A stretch of DNA of 64,000 bases from an uncultured bacterium (GTDB lineage Bacteria > Desulfobacterota > Deferrimicrobia > Deferrimicrobiales > Deferrimicrobiaceae): contig CAVXQW010000003.1 of NCBI GenBank assembly GCA_963764045.1, positions 72,762 to 136,761 on the forward strand. Reading direction: 5' to 3'. Made by a program: the position numbers and the translations under genes. How positions within the stretch are numbered: the first letter of the stretch is position 1; every line of letters begins with the position of its first letter. The notes under the pieces were generated by a model. The model was not told where the DNA came from, searched no databases, and worked only from the letters and a program-made list of their open reading frames with translations. Shown piece after piece: positions 51,768 through 63,958 of the stretch.

Positions 51768-53000
51768 TTACGCAGCCCGGTGGAGCTCCGGGTACCGGAA
51801 GCGGACCCCGAGGCCGACGAGCAGGCCCGCGACGGCGAGGGTGGCGAGGGCGATGGGGGCGGAGGTCAACTCGGCCAGCCCCCCGAGAAGAAGGCTCCCC
51901 ACCCGCAGGAGGCCGAGGAACAGGGAGACGTAGATCGCCATCACTCTCCCGCGCAGATCATCCGGCACCAGTTCCTGCAGCAGGGAATTCGCCGGGGCGT
52001 TCTGCACCGCGAAGGCGAACCCGATCCCGACCAGGAGCAGGATGGCGACGGGGTAGCTTCTGCAGAAGGCGAACGGCAGCAGCAGGAAGGGGAACGTCAG
52101 GCTCCCCGCCGTGATGGCCAACCCCTTGTGCGTGCCGACGCGGTGCGACGCGGAGTAGAGCGACCCGAGGACCGCGCCGATCCCCGCCGCGGACATGAGA
52201 ACCCCGTACCCGCCGGCCCCGCGACCGAAGATCTCCCGTGCGTAGATGGGGATCAGCACGTAGTACGGCATGGCGAAAAGGGCCGACAGCGAGATCAGGA
52301 TGACGATGGCCCGCGGGATGCGCTCGCTCCGGATGTATCGCAGACCGCCGAGAAGGTCCTTTGCGGATTCGCGTCCCCCGCCGGTCCGGCGGATCAGGGT
52401 CACGTCCATAAGGAACAGGGCGAACAGAACGGCGAGGAAGCTCGCCCCGTTGATGAAGAATGCGCCCGCGACGCCGGAGACGGCGATGAGCACCCCGGCT
52501 GCCGCGGGGCCGAGGACGCGCGCGGATTGGAACACACCGGAATTGAGGGCGATGGCGTTCGACAGGTCCTCCTTTCCCACCAGCTCGACGACGAAGGCCT
52601 GCCGGGCGGGGGTGTCCAGCGCTTGTACGGCTCCGAGGAGGAAAGCGAGGAGCAGGACGTGCCAGAATCGCACGGTCCCCGTCCAGCAGAGCACCGCGAG
52701 CAGGAACGCGAGGGCCATCATCGCGGCCTGGCACCAGAAGATCACCCTGCGCTTCTCGAACCGGTCCGCGATCGCCCCGGCGTAGAGGGTGAGGGGAACG
52801 AGAGGGATCGCCCCGACGAAGTTCACAAGTCCGAGGTCCCGCGCGGAACCGGTGAGCTGGTACACGAGCCAGTTCTGCGCGATCGTCTGCATCCAGGTGC
52901 CCACCAGGGAGGTGAGCTGGCCGAAGAACCAGAGGCGGTAGTTGCGGTGGCGCAGCGCCCGGAACGTCGAGGCGACCGCGCCGTTCCCGGACGGAGGCAC
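51768..53000 (-). CDS. MFS transporter (EntS/DUF894-like)
   Basis: ORF 51768..53000 encodes 410 aa with about 12 hydrophobic segments. The N-terminus is FRALRHRNYRLWFFGQLTSLVGTWMQ. Confidence 0.85.
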   Translation of the reverse strand: MPPSGNGAVASTFRALRHRNYRLWFFGQLTSLVGTWMQTIAQNWLVYQLTGSARDLGLVNFVGAIPLVPLTLYAGAIADRFEKRRVIFWCQAAMMALAFLLAVLCWTGTVRFWHVLLLAFLLGAVQALDTPARQAFVVELVGKEDLSNAIALNSGVFQSARVLGPAAAGVLIAVSGVAGAFFINGASFLAVLFALFLMDVTLIRRTGGGRESAKDLLGGLRYIRSERIPRAIVILISLSALFAMPYYVLIPIYAREIFGRGAGGYGVLMSAAGIGAVLGSLYSASHRVGTHKGLAITAGSLTFPFLLLPFAFCRSYPVAILLLVGIGFAFAVQNAPANSLLQELVPDDLRGRVMAIYVSLFLGLLRVGSLLLGGLAELTSAPIALATLAVAGLLVGLGVRFRYPELHRAA

Positions 53001-55217
53001 TTATCTCTCGGGCAGGAGGAAGAGCCCGCCCAGCGGGGGAAGCGTGAGGGAGACGGAGTGGGGATGCCCCATCCACGGAACGCTTTCCGCCGCGATGGTG
53101 CCGCCGTTCCCGGCGTTGCTCCCGCCGTAGGAGGCGGCGTCGCTGTTCAGCGCTTCACGGTATCGCCCGGCCCAGGGGACGCCGACGCGGTACTTTTCCC
53201 TCGGGGTGGGGGTGAAGTTGAAGACGCACACGACGGCGTCGTCCGGATCTTTCCCGCGGCGGAGGAACGAGACGACGCTGTTGTCCACGTCCCGGAAGTC
53301 GATCCACTCGAAGCCCTCGGGGCGGAAGTCGACCTCGTGGAGCGCGGGGACTTCCCGGTAGAGGCGGTTCAGGTCGCGGACGAACCGCTGCACCCCCTGG
53401 TGGGTGTCCCACTTCAGCAGTCCCCAGGAGAGCGGCTGGTCGTGGTTCCACTCCTCCCATTGGGCGATCTCCTGCCCCATGAAAAGGAGCTTCTTCCCCG
53501 GGTGGGCGTACATGTAGGCGTAGAGGAGGCGGAGGTTGGCGAACTTCCCCCACAGGTCCCCCGGCATCTTGTCGAGCATCGAGCGCTTCAGGTGCACCAC
53601 CTCGTCGTGGGAGAAGGGGAGGACGAAGTTTTCGTGGAAGGCATACAGAAGGGCGAAGGTGAGCTGGCCGAAGTGGTATTTCCGGTGGATCGGATCCTTC
53701 TCGATGAAGGAGATCATGTCGTGCATCCATCCCATGTTCCATTTCAGGGTGAACCCGAGCCCGCCGAGATACGTCGGCCGCGACACGGCCGGCCAGGCGG
53801 TCGACTCCTCCGCCACCGTGATCGCCCCGGGGTGCCGCTCGTGGACCAGTTCGTTCACCCGCTTGAGAAAGGCGATCGCCTCGAGGTTCTCGTTCCCCCC
53901 GTAAACGTTCGGGACCCACTCGCCCGGTTTCCGTGAGTAGTCGAGGTAGAGCATTGACGCCACGGCGTCCACCCGCAGGCCGTCGACGTGGTACTTGTCC
54001 AGCCAGAAGAGGGCGTTCGACAGGAGGAAGTTCGCCACCTCCCGGCGTCCGTAGTTGAAGATGAGCGTTCCCCACTCCCGCTGCTCCCCCCGCCGCGGGT
54101 CGGCGTGCTCGTAGAGGTGGGTCCCGTCGAACCGCGCCAGCCCGTGGGCGTCCCGGGGGAAGTGGGCCGGCACCCAGTCGAGGATCACGCCGATCCCTTC
54201 GCGGTGGCATCGGTCGACGAACTCCATGAACTCGGCCGGGCGCCCGTGGCGCGACGTCGGGGCGAAGTACCCGAGCACCTGGTACCCCCACGACCCGTCG
54301 AACGGATGCTCCGCCACCGGGAGGAGCTCGATGTGGGTGTACCCCATCTCCTTGACGTAGGGAACGAGGTCGTCGGCCAGCTCCCGGTACGACAGGTACG
54401 GCCCCGCTTCGCCCTCCTTCCGTTTCCAGGAGCCCAAATGGACCTCGTATACCGCCATGGGCGCCTCGAGGACGCTTCGTCGCGCGCGGCTCTCCAGCCA
54501 GGACGCGTCCCCCCACTCGTAGCCTTCGATGTCGCAGACGATCGTTCCCGTCCGCGGCGGGTGCTCGAACCGGAAGCCGAACGGGTCGGTCTTGGCGAGC
54601 AGTTCGCCCGTGCCCCGGGCGCGGATCTCGTACTTGTAGACCTCCTCCTCGACGACGCCAGGGAGGAAGATCTCCCAGATCCCGGACTCTCCCCGGTTGC
54701 GCATCGGGTGCACGCGGCCGTCCCAATGGTTGAAATTGCAGACGACGGAGACCCGCTCCGCGTTGGGCGCCCACACCGCGAACGCAGTGCCCCGAATTCC
54801 GCCGATATCGATGAGATGGCTCCCCATCTTTTCGTACTGGGCCAGGTGGCTTCCTTCCGAGAGGAGATGGATGTCGAAGTCGGAAAGGACCGTTCCGAAC
54901 GCGTAGGGGTCGTGCTGCGCCCACCGGTAGCCGTCGCCATCGGTGATCTCGAGCCGGTACGGGAAGATCTCCGCGTCAAGCGGGAAGAGCGACTCGAACA
55001 CCCCATCGGGGTGGATGCGGGTCATGGAAACGCGCTGCGTCGCGCCGGTGTCGCGCACCACCTGGACCTCGCGGGCCCGGGGGAGGATCGCCCGCACGGA
55101 AACGAAACGCTTTCCTCCTTCCTCCACGACGTGGGGGCCGAGGACGGAGAAGGGGTCCCAGTGACGGGCGCCCACGAGGAGGTCGAGGTCCTTGTTCCGG
55201 AGGGTCGTCTTCATCAT
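53001..55217 (-). CDS. glgB: 1,4-alpha-glucan branching enzyme
   Basis: ORF 53001..55217 encodes 738 aa. It has GH13 motifs ([44 protein letters not shown]). Confidence 0.95.
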   Translation of the reverse strand: MMKTTLRNKDLDLLVGARHWDPFSVLGPHVVEEGGKRFVSVRAILPRAREVQVVRDTGATQRVSMTRIHPDGVFESLFPLDAEIFPYRLEITDGDGYRWAQHDPYAFGTVLSDFDIHLLSEGSHLAQYEKMGSHLIDIGGIRGTAFAVWAPNAERVSVVCNFNHWDGRVHPMRNRGESGIWEIFLPGVVEEEVYKYEIRARGTGELLAKTDPFGFRFEHPPRTGTIVCDIEGYEWGDASWLESRARRSVLEAPMAVYEVHLGSWKRKEGEAGPYLSYRELADDLVPYVKEMGYTHIELLPVAEHPFDGSWGYQVLGYFAPTSRHGRPAEFMEFVDRCHREGIGVILDWVPAHFPRDAHGLARFDGTHLYEHADPRRGEQREWGTLIFNYGRREVANFLLSNALFWLDKYHVDGLRVDAVASMLYLDYSRKPGEWVPNVYGGNENLEAIAFLKRVNELVHERHPGAITVAEESTAWPAVSRPTYLGGLGFTLKWNMGWMHDMISFIEKDPIHRKYHFGQLTFALLYAFHENFVLPFSHDEVVHLKRSMLDKMPGDLWGKFANLRLLYAYMYAHPGKKLLFMGQEIAQWEEWNHDQPLSWGLLKWDTHQGVQRFVRDLNRLYREVPALHEVDFRPEGFEWIDFRDVDNSVVSFLRRGKDPDDAVVCVFNFTPTPREKYRVGVPWAGRYREALNSDAASYGGSNAGNGGTIAAESVPWMGHPHSVSLTLPPLGGLFLLPER

Positions 55218-55281
55218 CCCCCAATTGTAGCGGAAACAGATACAGAAGGGGCCGCCGCGGTGGCCGGCCCCGCGGAACGCA

Positions 55282-55902
55282 TCACGGATGCACGCGGAAC
55301 GTGATCTCCTCGATATCCTTCCCTCCGCCGCGCGCCTCTACCGTGGCGACGACGCGGTACGTACCCGGACGGGCGTTCCCGGGGAGCGTGATGGGGACGA
55401 CGGAACGCCAGGTGCCTCCCTCGCGTTCGATGTCGACCGAGGCCTCCCCAACCTTGGTGCCGTTGAAAAGGATCTCGCGGTTCTCCTTCACGGGGACCAT
55501 CACGTCTTCCCGCGGGGTCAGGACGGCGTAGGTCAGCTGGATCTCGATCGTGTCGCCCGGGCCGGCCGCTGGGGGGTTGGTCCGCACCCGCTCGATCTTG
55601 AGGCGCGTTCCCTTGGCCGCGTCGTACTCCGTGTAGTCGCGCCGCGTCTCCGCGAGATTTTTCTCCCGCTCGTCGTGGTAGTTGCCGAGCAGCCCTCCGG
55701 CAAGCGCGCCGAGCAGCCCTCCGGCGACCGCGCCGCGCTTTCCGCCGAGCAGCCCTCCGACGACCGCGCCGCCCACCGCCCCGGTTCCGGCGCCGATCGC
55801 CGCCCCCTGATGCTCCCGCATTCCCCCGTTTTGCGTGGCGCACCCGGGCAGGATCGACAGGAACAGGGCGGCGATCGCCGCGAGGCTCACGATTTTGCGC
55901 AT
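55282..55902 (-). CDS. Lipoprotein with a glycine-zipper segment
   Basis: The ORF 55282..55941 frame trimmed to [21 protein letters not shown] (lipobox), followed by [22 protein letters not shown]. Confidence 0.6.
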   Translation of the reverse strand: MRKIVSLAAIAALFLSILPGCATQNGGMREHQGAAIGAGTGAVGGAVVGGLLGGKRGAVAGGLLGALAGGLLGNYHDEREKNLAETRRDYTEYDAAKGTRLKIERVRTNPPAAGPGDTIEIQLTYAVLTPREDVMVPVKENREILFNGTKVGEASVDIEREGGTWRSVVPITLPGNARPGTYRVVATVEARGGGKDIEEITFRVHP

Positions 55903-55990
55903 AGACACCCTCCCGCGATTTCTCGCTATTTTTTGACGCATTTGACGCTCGCCGTATTCAAAGGCAGATCTGCGTTAAGGAGCTAGCATC

Positions 55991-56800
55991 CTAAACGGTG
56001 AACTTCCGCGACGGTCCATCCCTGCGGGCCGCGTGGACCGGAACGTCGCCGAAGCGGTGGCCGGAGAGGATCTCCCGAACGGTGCGGCGGGCCAGTTCCG
56101 GGGTGTTGTGATCCGCGCTCAGGTGGCACAGGACGACGGCCTGCGGCGCCTTCCGGCTCTCCTGGAGGACCCGCACCAGAAATTTCCCGGCCTGGGTGTT
56201 TGAGAAGTGCCCCACGTTCGACCCCACCCGTCCCCGGTCGAGACGGGGGCTCCGGTTCAGCATCTCTTCGTCGTAGTTCGCCTCGATCAGGATCAGGTCG
56301 CTGTCGAGGAACCTCTCGAAGAGGCCGTTCTCGTTCTGGCCGAGGTCGGTCGCCATCGACACTCGGACGTCCCGGGAGAGCGAGGTGAGAGCGAATCCGC
56401 AGGTGACTCCCCGCGCGTCGTGGGGAACGCGGAACGGCTCGATCCCGATCGCACCGATCGAGAAGGTCTCTCCGTCCGTGAAGGGGCGGATCGGGCAGGA
56501 ATCGGGAGACCGGGAGAGTACCTTCTTCGAGAAACCGTCCAGATTTTTCCGGTGGAGGTGGATCGGAATCTCGAACCGGGCGCAGCATCCCACCGCGGAG
56601 TTGTTCACATGGTCGCTGTGGAGGTGGGAGACCAGCAGCGCGTCCACGTCGTCCCAGGCGCAATGAGCCTCCGAGAGTGCGGCCACGAGACCTCGTTGGG
56701 ACGGCAACCCCGCGTCGACCAGCAGGACGGTCCCCGCGTGCTCCACGAGCGTCAGGTTCCCGGAACTTCCGCTGCGCAGCGGCGTGACGTGAAATCCCAT
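55991..56800 (-). CDS. MBL-fold metallo-hydrolase
   Basis: ORF 55991..56800 has VLLVDAG and the HLHSDH motif. Confidence 0.85.
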   Translation of the reverse strand: MGFHVTPLRSGSSGNLTLVEHAGTVLLVDAGLPSQRGLVAALSEAHCAWDDVDALLVSHLHSDHVNNSAVGCCARFEIPIHLHRKNLDGFSKKVLSRSPDSCPIRPFTDGETFSIGAIGIEPFRVPHDARGVTCGFALTSLSRDVRVSMATDLGQNENGLFERFLDSDLILIEANYDEEMLNRSPRLDRGRVGSNVGHFSNTQAGKFLVRVLQESRKAPQAVVLCHLSADHNTPELARRTVREILSGHRFGDVPVHAARRDGPSRKFTV

Positions 56801-57072
56801 TGCCGGAACCGCCTCGCTCTACCTGGCGTATCTGGTGAAGACGAAATCGTGCCCCTTCCAGTTGCGGTACCCCTTCGGGATCGTCACTCCGGTCGGGGCG
56901 ACAATGATCTCCGTGGCGATGGCGGCGGGAAGGGGGGGGACAAGACCCACGCAGCGGCGAGCAGGCGAACGATTATCATGGCGAAGAGACGCAAGGAGAT
57001 CTCCTTCCCGGATCGGGCTGGAACGTTGCCGGACATTATACCAGACCGTGCCCAGCGGTCCGCGGAACGCGG

Positions 57073-57101
57073 GTTCCGTGTGCCGCGGGATGGGATATAA
57101 T
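57073..57101 (+). promoter_or_regulatory. Weak candidate promoter for the arn operon
   Basis: TATAAT at 57096-57101 is preceded by a poor -35 (GTTCCG) at 17-nt spacing. It lies 40 nt upstream of the arnT GTG. Confidence 0.3.
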
Positions 57102-57140
57102 CCGGCGCATGCCGCCGCGAACCCACTCCGGAGGAGCAGC

Positions 57141-58768
57141 GTGAGCCGTCGCGCCGTCGCCCTCTTCTTCCTCTCCGTCGCGGTCATCTACTACGCCGGG
57201 CTGGGAACCATCCCCCTCCTCGAGCCCGACGAGGGTCGGTACGCGGAGATCCCGAGGGAGATGCTCGTCCGGGGCGACTTCGTCACCCCGCATCTGAACG
57301 GCGTGGTATACCTCGAGAAACCTCCGCTCTTCTACTGGGGGAACGCGGTTTCCTTCGCCCTCTTCGGAGAGAGCGAGTTCTCGGCGCGGCTCTTCACCGC
57401 CACCGTATCGATCGCGGGGGTGTTCCTCACGTACTGGATGGGGACGATCCTCGCGGGTCCCCGGGCCGGCCTCTTCTCCGCCATGGTGCTTTGCACTTCC
57501 CTCTACTACTACATCATCGGTCGGATCAACACCCTCGACATGACGCTTGCCGTCACGATGATCGTCGCGATCTTCCCCGCCTTCCTCTATCTGTCGGGGA
57601 AGCGGCAGAGCCGAAGGTACCTGCTCCTCTCGTACGCGGGCGCCGCCCTCGCGTTCCTCGCGAAGGGATTGATCGGGATCGTCTTCCCCGCGGCGATCCT
57701 CGTGCTATGGATGCTGCTGTCCCGGCGTCACCGGGAGATCGGAAAGGCGATCTCCCTCCCCGGGATCGTCCTGTTCCTCGCGATCGCCCTGCCGTGGGTC
57801 CTCCTCGTTCAGCGTGCGAACCCGGATTTCCTCTGGTTCTTCTTCGTCCATGAGCAGTTCCTCCGGTTCACGACGAAGATCCATCGCCGGTACCAGCCGT
57901 TCTGGTTCTTCTTTCCCATCGTGATCGCGGGGCTTCTACCGTGGCTGGCGTTCGCGCGACGTGCCGTTCGCGCCGCGTGGGATGCGGGGGAGTCCTACAT
58001 GCCTGCGGCGGATCGGCGGTTCCTCTTCTGCTGGATCCTCTTCATCTTTCTCTTCTTCTCCTTCTCCGATTCGAAGCTCATCACCTACGCGGCGCCGCTG
58101 TTCCCTCCGCTGGCCGTCCTCTTCGGGCGCGCCCTCGACCTGTGGGTCGACAGGGAGGACGGCAGCGTCCGCTGTCGGACCCCCCTCGCGCTGGCGGCGA
58201 TCCTGGCCGCCGGGATCGTGCTGTTCCCGCCCTTCACCCCGCATAAGATCGAACCGTCCCGGTGGGTCCTGCTGTGCGCCCTCCCCGCGGCGCTGATCCT
58301 CGCGTGGGGTGTGTACCGCTGTTCATCCGCCGTCTCTCGGCGGAGCGGGTCGTCTACCTGTCGTTCCTGCTCCTTGCCCTGTTCCTCACCTCCCTCAACC
58401 GACCGGCGGCGGAATATCTCGGGAACTACAAGTCCGTGAAGAAGCTCTCCTCCGTCCTCTCCGCCTCCCTGCGCGAGGGCGACGTCGTGGCGCAGTACCA
58501 GACGTATCGCCAGGGGCTTCCCTTCTACACGAAGCGGCGATGCGTCCTCGTGAACGAGGTGGGGGAGCTCGAGTTCGGGGCGGACCGGGCGGCGGACCGG
58601 AAAGCGTTCTTTCTCGACGACGCGGCGTTCCTTGCCCTGTGGAATTCGCCGACCCGCGTCTTCTGCGTGGGCCGCAGCGACAAGCTTCCCCTGTTTCGCG
58701 AGAAGTTCCCCGGCTTCCGGTTGCTCTACCGGTCCGATGAGGGTATTCTCATCGTGAACCGGCTCTGA
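57141..58768 (+). CDS. arnT: ArnT-like GT39-family lipid A L-Ara4N transferase with a frame break near 58305
   Basis: GTG 57141 follows GGAGGAG. It has [41 protein letters not shown] and is polytopic. The C-terminal 150 aa or so are in the ORF 58262..58768 frame. Confidence 0.8.
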
Positions 58769-58819
58769 CGCGGAGGCCAGCCTCCTCACCCCACCACGCT
58801 GCGAGGAACGGACGCGCAC

Positions 58820-59995
58820 TTGAAGATCCGCGACGATTTCCTGCCGTTGTCCCGTCCCGCTCTGGGCGAGGAAGAGGTGGCGGCGGTCTCGGAGTCGCTG
58901 CGCTCCGGCTGGATCACCAGCGGGCCGAAAGTCGCCGAACTGGAAGGGATCTTCCGCGAAACCACCGGGGCGCCGCACGCCGTCGCGGTCACTTCCGCCA
59001 CTGCCGGGCTCCACATCGTCCTCTCGGCCCTGGGGATCGGACCGGGGGACGAGGTGGCGACCCCCTCGATGACGTTCGCTTCCACCGTCAACCAGATCGT
59101 CCTGCGCGGGGCGACGCCCGTCTTCGCCGACGTCGACTACGGGACGCTCCAGGTGCGCCCCGACGCGATCGCGGCAAAGATCACCCCCCGCACGAAGGCG
59201 GTCATCCCCGTCCATTTCGCCGGCGCGCCGGCCGACCTCGACCCGATCCGCGCCGCGGCCGACCGCGCCGGGATCCCCGTGATCGAGGATGCCGCGCACG
59301 CCGTGGGCACCGCGTACAAGGGCGTCCCCGCCGGCGGCCCTCCGCATCCCGGCGCCCCGGGGAACATCGCGATCTTCTCCTTCCACCCGATCAAGAACAT
59401 CACGACGGCCGAGGGGGGGATGGTCACCTGTTACGACGACGCCCTCGCCGCGCGCCTTCGGCTGCTCCGATTCCACGGGATCGAGCGGGACGCGTGGAAG
59501 CGGTACGGAAAGGGAGGCACGCCGCACTACGATATCCGGGAGCCGGGCTACAAATACAACTTGAGCGACCTCCATGCCGCGATCGGCGTCGTGCAGATGC
59601 ACAAGCTCGCCGGGTTGAACGCCCGCCGGGCCGAGCTCGCCCACCGGTACTTGTCGGGGCTCTACGGCGTCCCGGGGATCGATCTCCCGGAGGCCGTTCC
59701 GTACGAGCACGCCCACTCGTGGCACCTGTTCATCGTGAAGTTTACGGGGATGGATCGGGACGCCGTCATCGGCGCCCTCGCGGAGCGCAACGTCGGCGTG
59801 GGGCTCCACTTCCCCCCGTGCCACCTCCTCTCGTACATCCGGGAACGGTTCGGAACGCGGGAGGGCGACCTGCCCGACACGGAACGGGCGGGGAAGGGGA
59901 TCCTCTCGCTCCCTCTTTTCCCTGGGATGTCCGACGCGGACGTCGATTACGTCTGCGAGGCGGTCCGGGAGATCCTTTCGGGAGGCCGCTCATGA
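58820..59995 (+). CDS. arnB: UDP-4-amino-4-deoxy-L-arabinose aminotransferase (DegT/DnrJ/EryC1 family)
   Basis: ORF 58820..59995 has [32 protein letters not shown] and [13 protein letters not shown] (PLP lysine). The call also rests on its arn context. Confidence 0.85.
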   Translation: MKIRDDFLPLSRPALGEEEVAAVSESLRSGWITSGPKVAELEGIFRETTGAPHAVAVTSATAGLHIVLSALGIGPGDEVATPSMTFASTVNQIVLRGATPVFADVDYGTLQVRPDAIAAKITPRTKAVIPVHFAGAPADLDPIRAAADRAGIPVIEDAAHAVGTAYKGVPAGGPPHPGAPGNIAIFSFHPIKNITTAEGGMVTCYDDALAARLRLLRFHGIERDAWKRYGKGGTPHYDIREPGYKYNLSDLHAAIGVVQMHKLAGLNARRAELAHRYLSGLYGVPGIDLPEAVPYEHAHSWHLFIVKFTGMDRDAVIGALAERNVGVGLHFPPCHLLSYIRERFGTREGDLPDTERAGKGILSLPLFPGMSDADVDYVCEAVREILSGGRS

Positions 59996-61890
59996 TCTCC
60001 GTCGTCGTTCCCGTCTACAACGAGGAGAAGAACCTCCTCCTCCTGATGGACCGGCTCGAGGCGGCGCTGCGGAAGACGGGGCGGGAGTACGAGATCATCT
60101 ACGTCGACGACGGCAGCCGCGACAACTCCCTCGAGGTGCTGAAAGGGTTCATCGGCCGGAACGGCGTCCGGGTCCTCGAACTCACCCGGAATTACGGACA
60201 GCACTCGGCGATCATCTCGGGATTTTCCATCGTCCGGGGGGAGATCGTCATCACGATCGACGCGGACCTGCAGAACCCTCCCGAGGAGATCCCCACCATC
60301 GTGCGCACGATGGAAGAAGGGAACTTCGAAGTCGTGGGGACGGTCCGGGAGATGCGGAAAGATTCGCTCCTGCGAAGGATCCCCTCGCGGATCGTGAACG
60401 CGATGACCCGCCGGATCACGGGGATCCGCATGAGCGACTGGGGGTGCATGCTGCGCGGGTACCGGCGCGAGGTGGTGGACCGCATGGTGGAGAGCCAGGA
60501 GTACTCGACGTTCATCCCCGCCCTTGCGACCCTCTTCGCGAAGCGGATGACGGAGATCCCCGTGGGGCACGCGGAGCGGCACGCGGGGGTGTCCAACTAC
60601 AACCTGTGGAAACTCCTGAACCTCCAGTTCGACCTGCTCACCTCCTTTTCGGAGTTTCCCCTGCGCGTGCTCCTCTACCTGGGGACGGGAATGGCGATTC
60701 TCGGTGTCGCCTTCGGCGGACTGCTGGCCGTGATGCGGATCTTCTACGGGGCCGAGTGGGCCGCGAACGGCATCTTCACCCTGTTCGCCGTCCTGTTCTT
60801 CTTCGTGGGGGTCCTCTTCTTCGCCCTCGGGATCATGGGGCAGTACATCGGCCGCATCTACCACGAGGTTCGCAAGCGCCCGCGCTTCACGATCCGCAAT
60901 CTCCACGAGGGGCACATGAGGGCGGTCGTCTTCGCGTATCACAACATGGGGATCGCCGGGATCCGTTCTCTCCTCGACCACGGCTTCGCGGTCCCGATGG
61001 TCCTGTCCCACGACGACGATCCGAAGGAGAACCGGTGGTTCGGTTCCGTGGCGGAGTTCTGTCGGGAGCGGGGAGTCCCGGTGTATACACCGGAAGACGT
61101 CAACGCGCCCCCGTGGCCGGACAGGATCCGTGCGGCTTCGCCCGACCTGCTCTTCTCCTTCTACTACCGGTCGATGTTGAAAAAGGAGATCCTCGAGATC
61201 CCGTCGCTGGGGGCGATGAACCTCCATGGTTCGCTGTTGCCGAAGTACCGTGGACGGGCGCCGGTCAACTGGGTGCTCGTGAAGGGGGAGACGGAAACCG
61301 GGGTGACGCTCCACTTCATGACGGAAAAGCCCGACGCGGGCGATATCGTGGGCCAGGCGGCGGTGCCGATCGCGTTCGACGACACGGCGCTCACGCTGTT
61401 CGGGAAGATGGAGGATGCCGCTTCGAGGCTCCTTGCCGACCTGCTGCCCCGGATCGCGAACGGGGAGATCCCGCGACGACCGAACGACCTCGCCCGCGGG
61501 AGTTACTTCGGCGGGCGCAGGGCCGAGGACGGGCGGATCGACTGGTCCCGCCCGGCGTTGGAGATCTACAATCTCGTCCGCGCGGTCACCCGTCCCTACC
61601 CGGGGGCATTCACGGAACTCGCGGGGGAAAAACTCACGGTGTGGTGGGCGATTCCCCTCCCTGCGGAGGCGGGTTGCGTGCCGTCTCCGGGGACGATCCG
61701 GGTTTCCGGCGGGCCGTCGTACGCGATGGCGGGAGGATGCGCCGCCCCGATTTCCGGCCCGCGGCGGATCGTCGTCGAGACGGGGGAAGGGTGGCTCCAA
61801 TTGGAGGAAATCGAATGGAGAACGCGGACGTCGAAGGGGGAGGGGATCGTCGACCTTCTCGCCGGCGCCGCGAACGGGAGGCTTGCATGA
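59992..61890 (+). CDS. Apparent fusion of ArnC (GT2 undecaprenyl-phosphate Ara4FN transferase) with an ArnA-type N-terminal formyltransferase domain
   Basis: ATG 59992 overlaps the arnB stop. The GT2 part is [15 protein letters not shown]...YVDDGSRD...[11 protein letters not shown], with two C-terminal TM helices. It continues without a stop (..[23 protein letters not shown]) into [16 protein letters not shown], the formyltransferase signature. The internal ATG is at 60916. Confidence 0.8.
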   Translation: MISVVVPVYNEEKNLLLLMDRLEAALRKTGREYEIIYVDDGSRDNSLEVLKGFIGRNGVRVLELTRNYGQHSAIISGFSIVRGEIVITIDADLQNPPEEIPTIVRTMEEGNFEVVGTVREMRKDSLLRRIPSRIVNAMTRRITGIRMSDWGCMLRGYRREVVDRMVESQEYSTFIPALATLFAKRMTEIPVGHAERHAGVSNYNLWKLLNLQFDLLTSFSEFPLRVLLYLGTGMAILGVAFGGLLAVMRIFYGAEWAANGIFTLFAVLFFFVGVLFFALGIMGQYIGRIYHEVRKRPRFTIRNLHEGHMRAVVFAYHNMGIAGIRSLLDHGFAVPMVLSHDDDPKENRWFGSVAEFCRERGVPVYTPEDVNAPPWPDRIRAASPDLLFSFYYRSMLKKEILEIPSLGAMNLHGSLLPKYRGRAPVNWVLVKGETETGVTLHFMTEKPDAGDIVGQAAVPIAFDDTALTLFGKMEDAASRLLADLLPRIANGEIPRRPNDLARGSYFGGRRAEDGRIDWSRPALEIYNLVRAVTRPYPGAFTELAGEKLTVWWAIPLPAEAGCVPSPGTIRVSGGPSYAMAGGCAAPISGPRRIVVETGEGWLQLEEIEWRTRTSKGEGIVDLLAGAANGRLA

Positions 61891-62917
61891 AGGTGCTGAT
61901 CTTGGGAGTGAACGGGTTCATCGGCCATCACCTGACGGCCAGGATCCTGAAAGAGACCGACTGGAAGATCTACGGGATGGATCTTTCCGCCGAGCGGCTG
62001 GGGAAGTCGGCGACCCATCGCCGGTTCGACTTCGTCGAGGGGGACATCTCCATCAACAAGGAGTGGATCGAGTACCACATAAAGAAAGCCGACGTGATCC
62101 TGCCGCTGGTGGCGATCGCCACGCCGAAGGTCTACGTCGAGCGGCCGTTGTCGGTCTTCGAACTCGACTTCGAGGAGAACCTGCGCATCGTCCGCCAGGT
62201 GCATCGGTACGGCAAACGGATCGTCTTCCCTTCGACGTCCGAGGTATACGGGATGTGCGGCGACAAGGAGTTCGACGAGGAGAACTCGCCGTTGGTCCTC
62301 GGGCCGATCGCCAAGGAGCGGTGGATCTACTCATGCTGCAAGCAGATGCTGGATCGGGTGATCTGGGCGTACGGACGGCAGGGGCTCGCCTTCACCCTCT
62401 TTCGCCCCTTCAACTGGATCGGGCCGCGGCTCGACTCGATCGAGACCGCCAAGGAGGGGAGTTCCCGCGTGGTCACGCAGTTCATCGCCGACCTGTACCT
62501 CGGCAAGCCGATCCAGGTGGTGGACGGCGGGGAGCAGCGCCGCTGCTTCACCTACGTGGACGACGGGATCGCGGGGCTGATGAAGATTCTCGCGAACCGG
62601 AACGGCTGCGCGAACGGCGGGATCTTCAACATCGGGAACCCTGCGAACGACCACTCGGTCCGGGAGCTCGCCGAGATGCTTCGGAAGCTGTACGCGAAGC
62701 ACCCACGGAACCGCGGGAAGAAGACCCCCCCCATCGTCGAGGTCAACTCGAAGCAGTTCTACGGCGCGGGGTACCAGGACATCCAGACGCGGACCCCCTC
62801 CATCCGGCGCGCGAAGGAGATCCTCGGGTGGGAGCCGAAAGTGCCGATGAGACGGCGCTGAAAAAAACCCTCGACGCCTTCCTCGCCGAGGCGGACGCCT
62901 CCCGCGCGGGGAAGTAA
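61887..62917 (+). CDS. UDP-glucuronate decarboxylase (ArnA C-terminal dehydrogenase-type SDR) as a separate gene, with a frame break near 62843
   Basis: ATG 61887 overlaps the upstream stop (ATGA). It has [23 protein letters not shown] and YSCCKQ (YxxxK). The last 25 aa or so ([23 protein letters not shown]) are in the ORF 61415..62917 frame. Confidence 0.85.
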
Positions 62918-62983
62918 CGTCTTTGGTGGCCTCGTCTGGGAGCGCACGACGCAGGGGAGCCCCCCTGCGGAGAAGCGGACACA

Positions 62984-63874
62984 ATGCAGACGGCTCCCGC
63001 TGAAGGGATGAGCGCCAGGCGCATCCTCGCGCTCAAGGTCGACGTCGACACGCGGCGCGGGATGGAGGAAGGGGTGCCGTCGCTCCTCGCCACCCTCGAC
63101 GCGTTCCACGTTCCCGCGACGTTCTTCCTCTCGTTCGGCCCCGACAACTCGGGGAAGGCCGTGTACCAGCTCCTGCGGAATCCACGCTTCCTCGTCAAGA
63201 TGCTCCGCACCAACGCCCCCGGACTGTATGGCTTCCGGACGGCGCTGTACGGAACGCTCCTTCCCGCCCCGATGATCGCCTCCGCCCTTCCCGGTCTTTG
63301 CCGGGAGATCGAGGCCCGCGGGCACGAGGTGGAGTTTCACGCCTGGGACCACCGGGCCTGGCAGGATACCCTCCCGGGGAAAGGGGCCGCGTGGATCCGG
63401 GAGTGGTTCCTCCGGGGACTCGCGGCGTACGAGAAGGCCCTCGGACATCCCCCGCGTGCATTCGGGGCTCCCGCATGGCTGCTTACGGAGGAGGCGGTGC
63501 GCGTACTTCGGGAATTTCCGCTCGATTACCTGAGCTGCACGCGGGCCGCCGCTCCGTTTGTTCTCGAGGGAACCGGACTTGTCGAGGTACCTTCGGACCT
63601 GCCGTGCCTCGAGGAGGTCGGGGGCAGAAACGGGGTCCCCCGTATCCTCTCCGCGCTCGACGCCGGGGGCGTCCACGTCTTCCCGGTGCATGCGGAGGCG
63701 GAAGGTGGGATCTGGCGGGAACCCTTCGCGGAGATCCTGCGTGGGACGTCCGATCGCGGCTACGCGATTCATCCGCTTTCCCGGATCGCCGCCGCCCGCC
63801 GCCTCGAAGGGCTTCCCGGCCGCCCGTTCCGGACGGCCCTCCTCCCGGGGCGGGCCGTCCCCTGCTCCGTATGA
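62984..63874 (+). CDS. arnD: 4-deoxy-4-formamido-L-arabinose-phosphoundecaprenol deformylase (polysaccharide deacetylase family)
   Basis: ORF 62984..63874 (alternative start 63008) has LALKVDVDTRRG...VPATFFLSFGPDNSG and EFHAWDH motifs. The call also rests on its arn context. Confidence 0.8.
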   Translation: MQTAPAEGMSARRILALKVDVDTRRGMEEGVPSLLATLDAFHVPATFFLSFGPDNSGKAVYQLLRNPRFLVKMLRTNAPGLYGFRTALYGTLLPAPMIASALPGLCREIEARGHEVEFHAWDHRAWQDTLPGKGAAWIREWFLRGLAAYEKALGHPPRAFGAPAWLLTEEAVRVLREFPLDYLSCTRAAAPFVLEGTGLVEVPSDLPCLEEVGGRNGVPRILSALDAGGVHVFPVHAEAEGGIWREPFAEILRGTSDRGYAIHPLSRIAAARRLEGLPGRPFRTALLPGRAVPCSV

Positions 63875-63958
63875 ATCCGGTTTATTCTTGAATATCAACG
63901 ATGCAAAACGCCGTTTTCGCCTATAATGATAGTTTACTTATTCGGGTCGGAGGGGATC

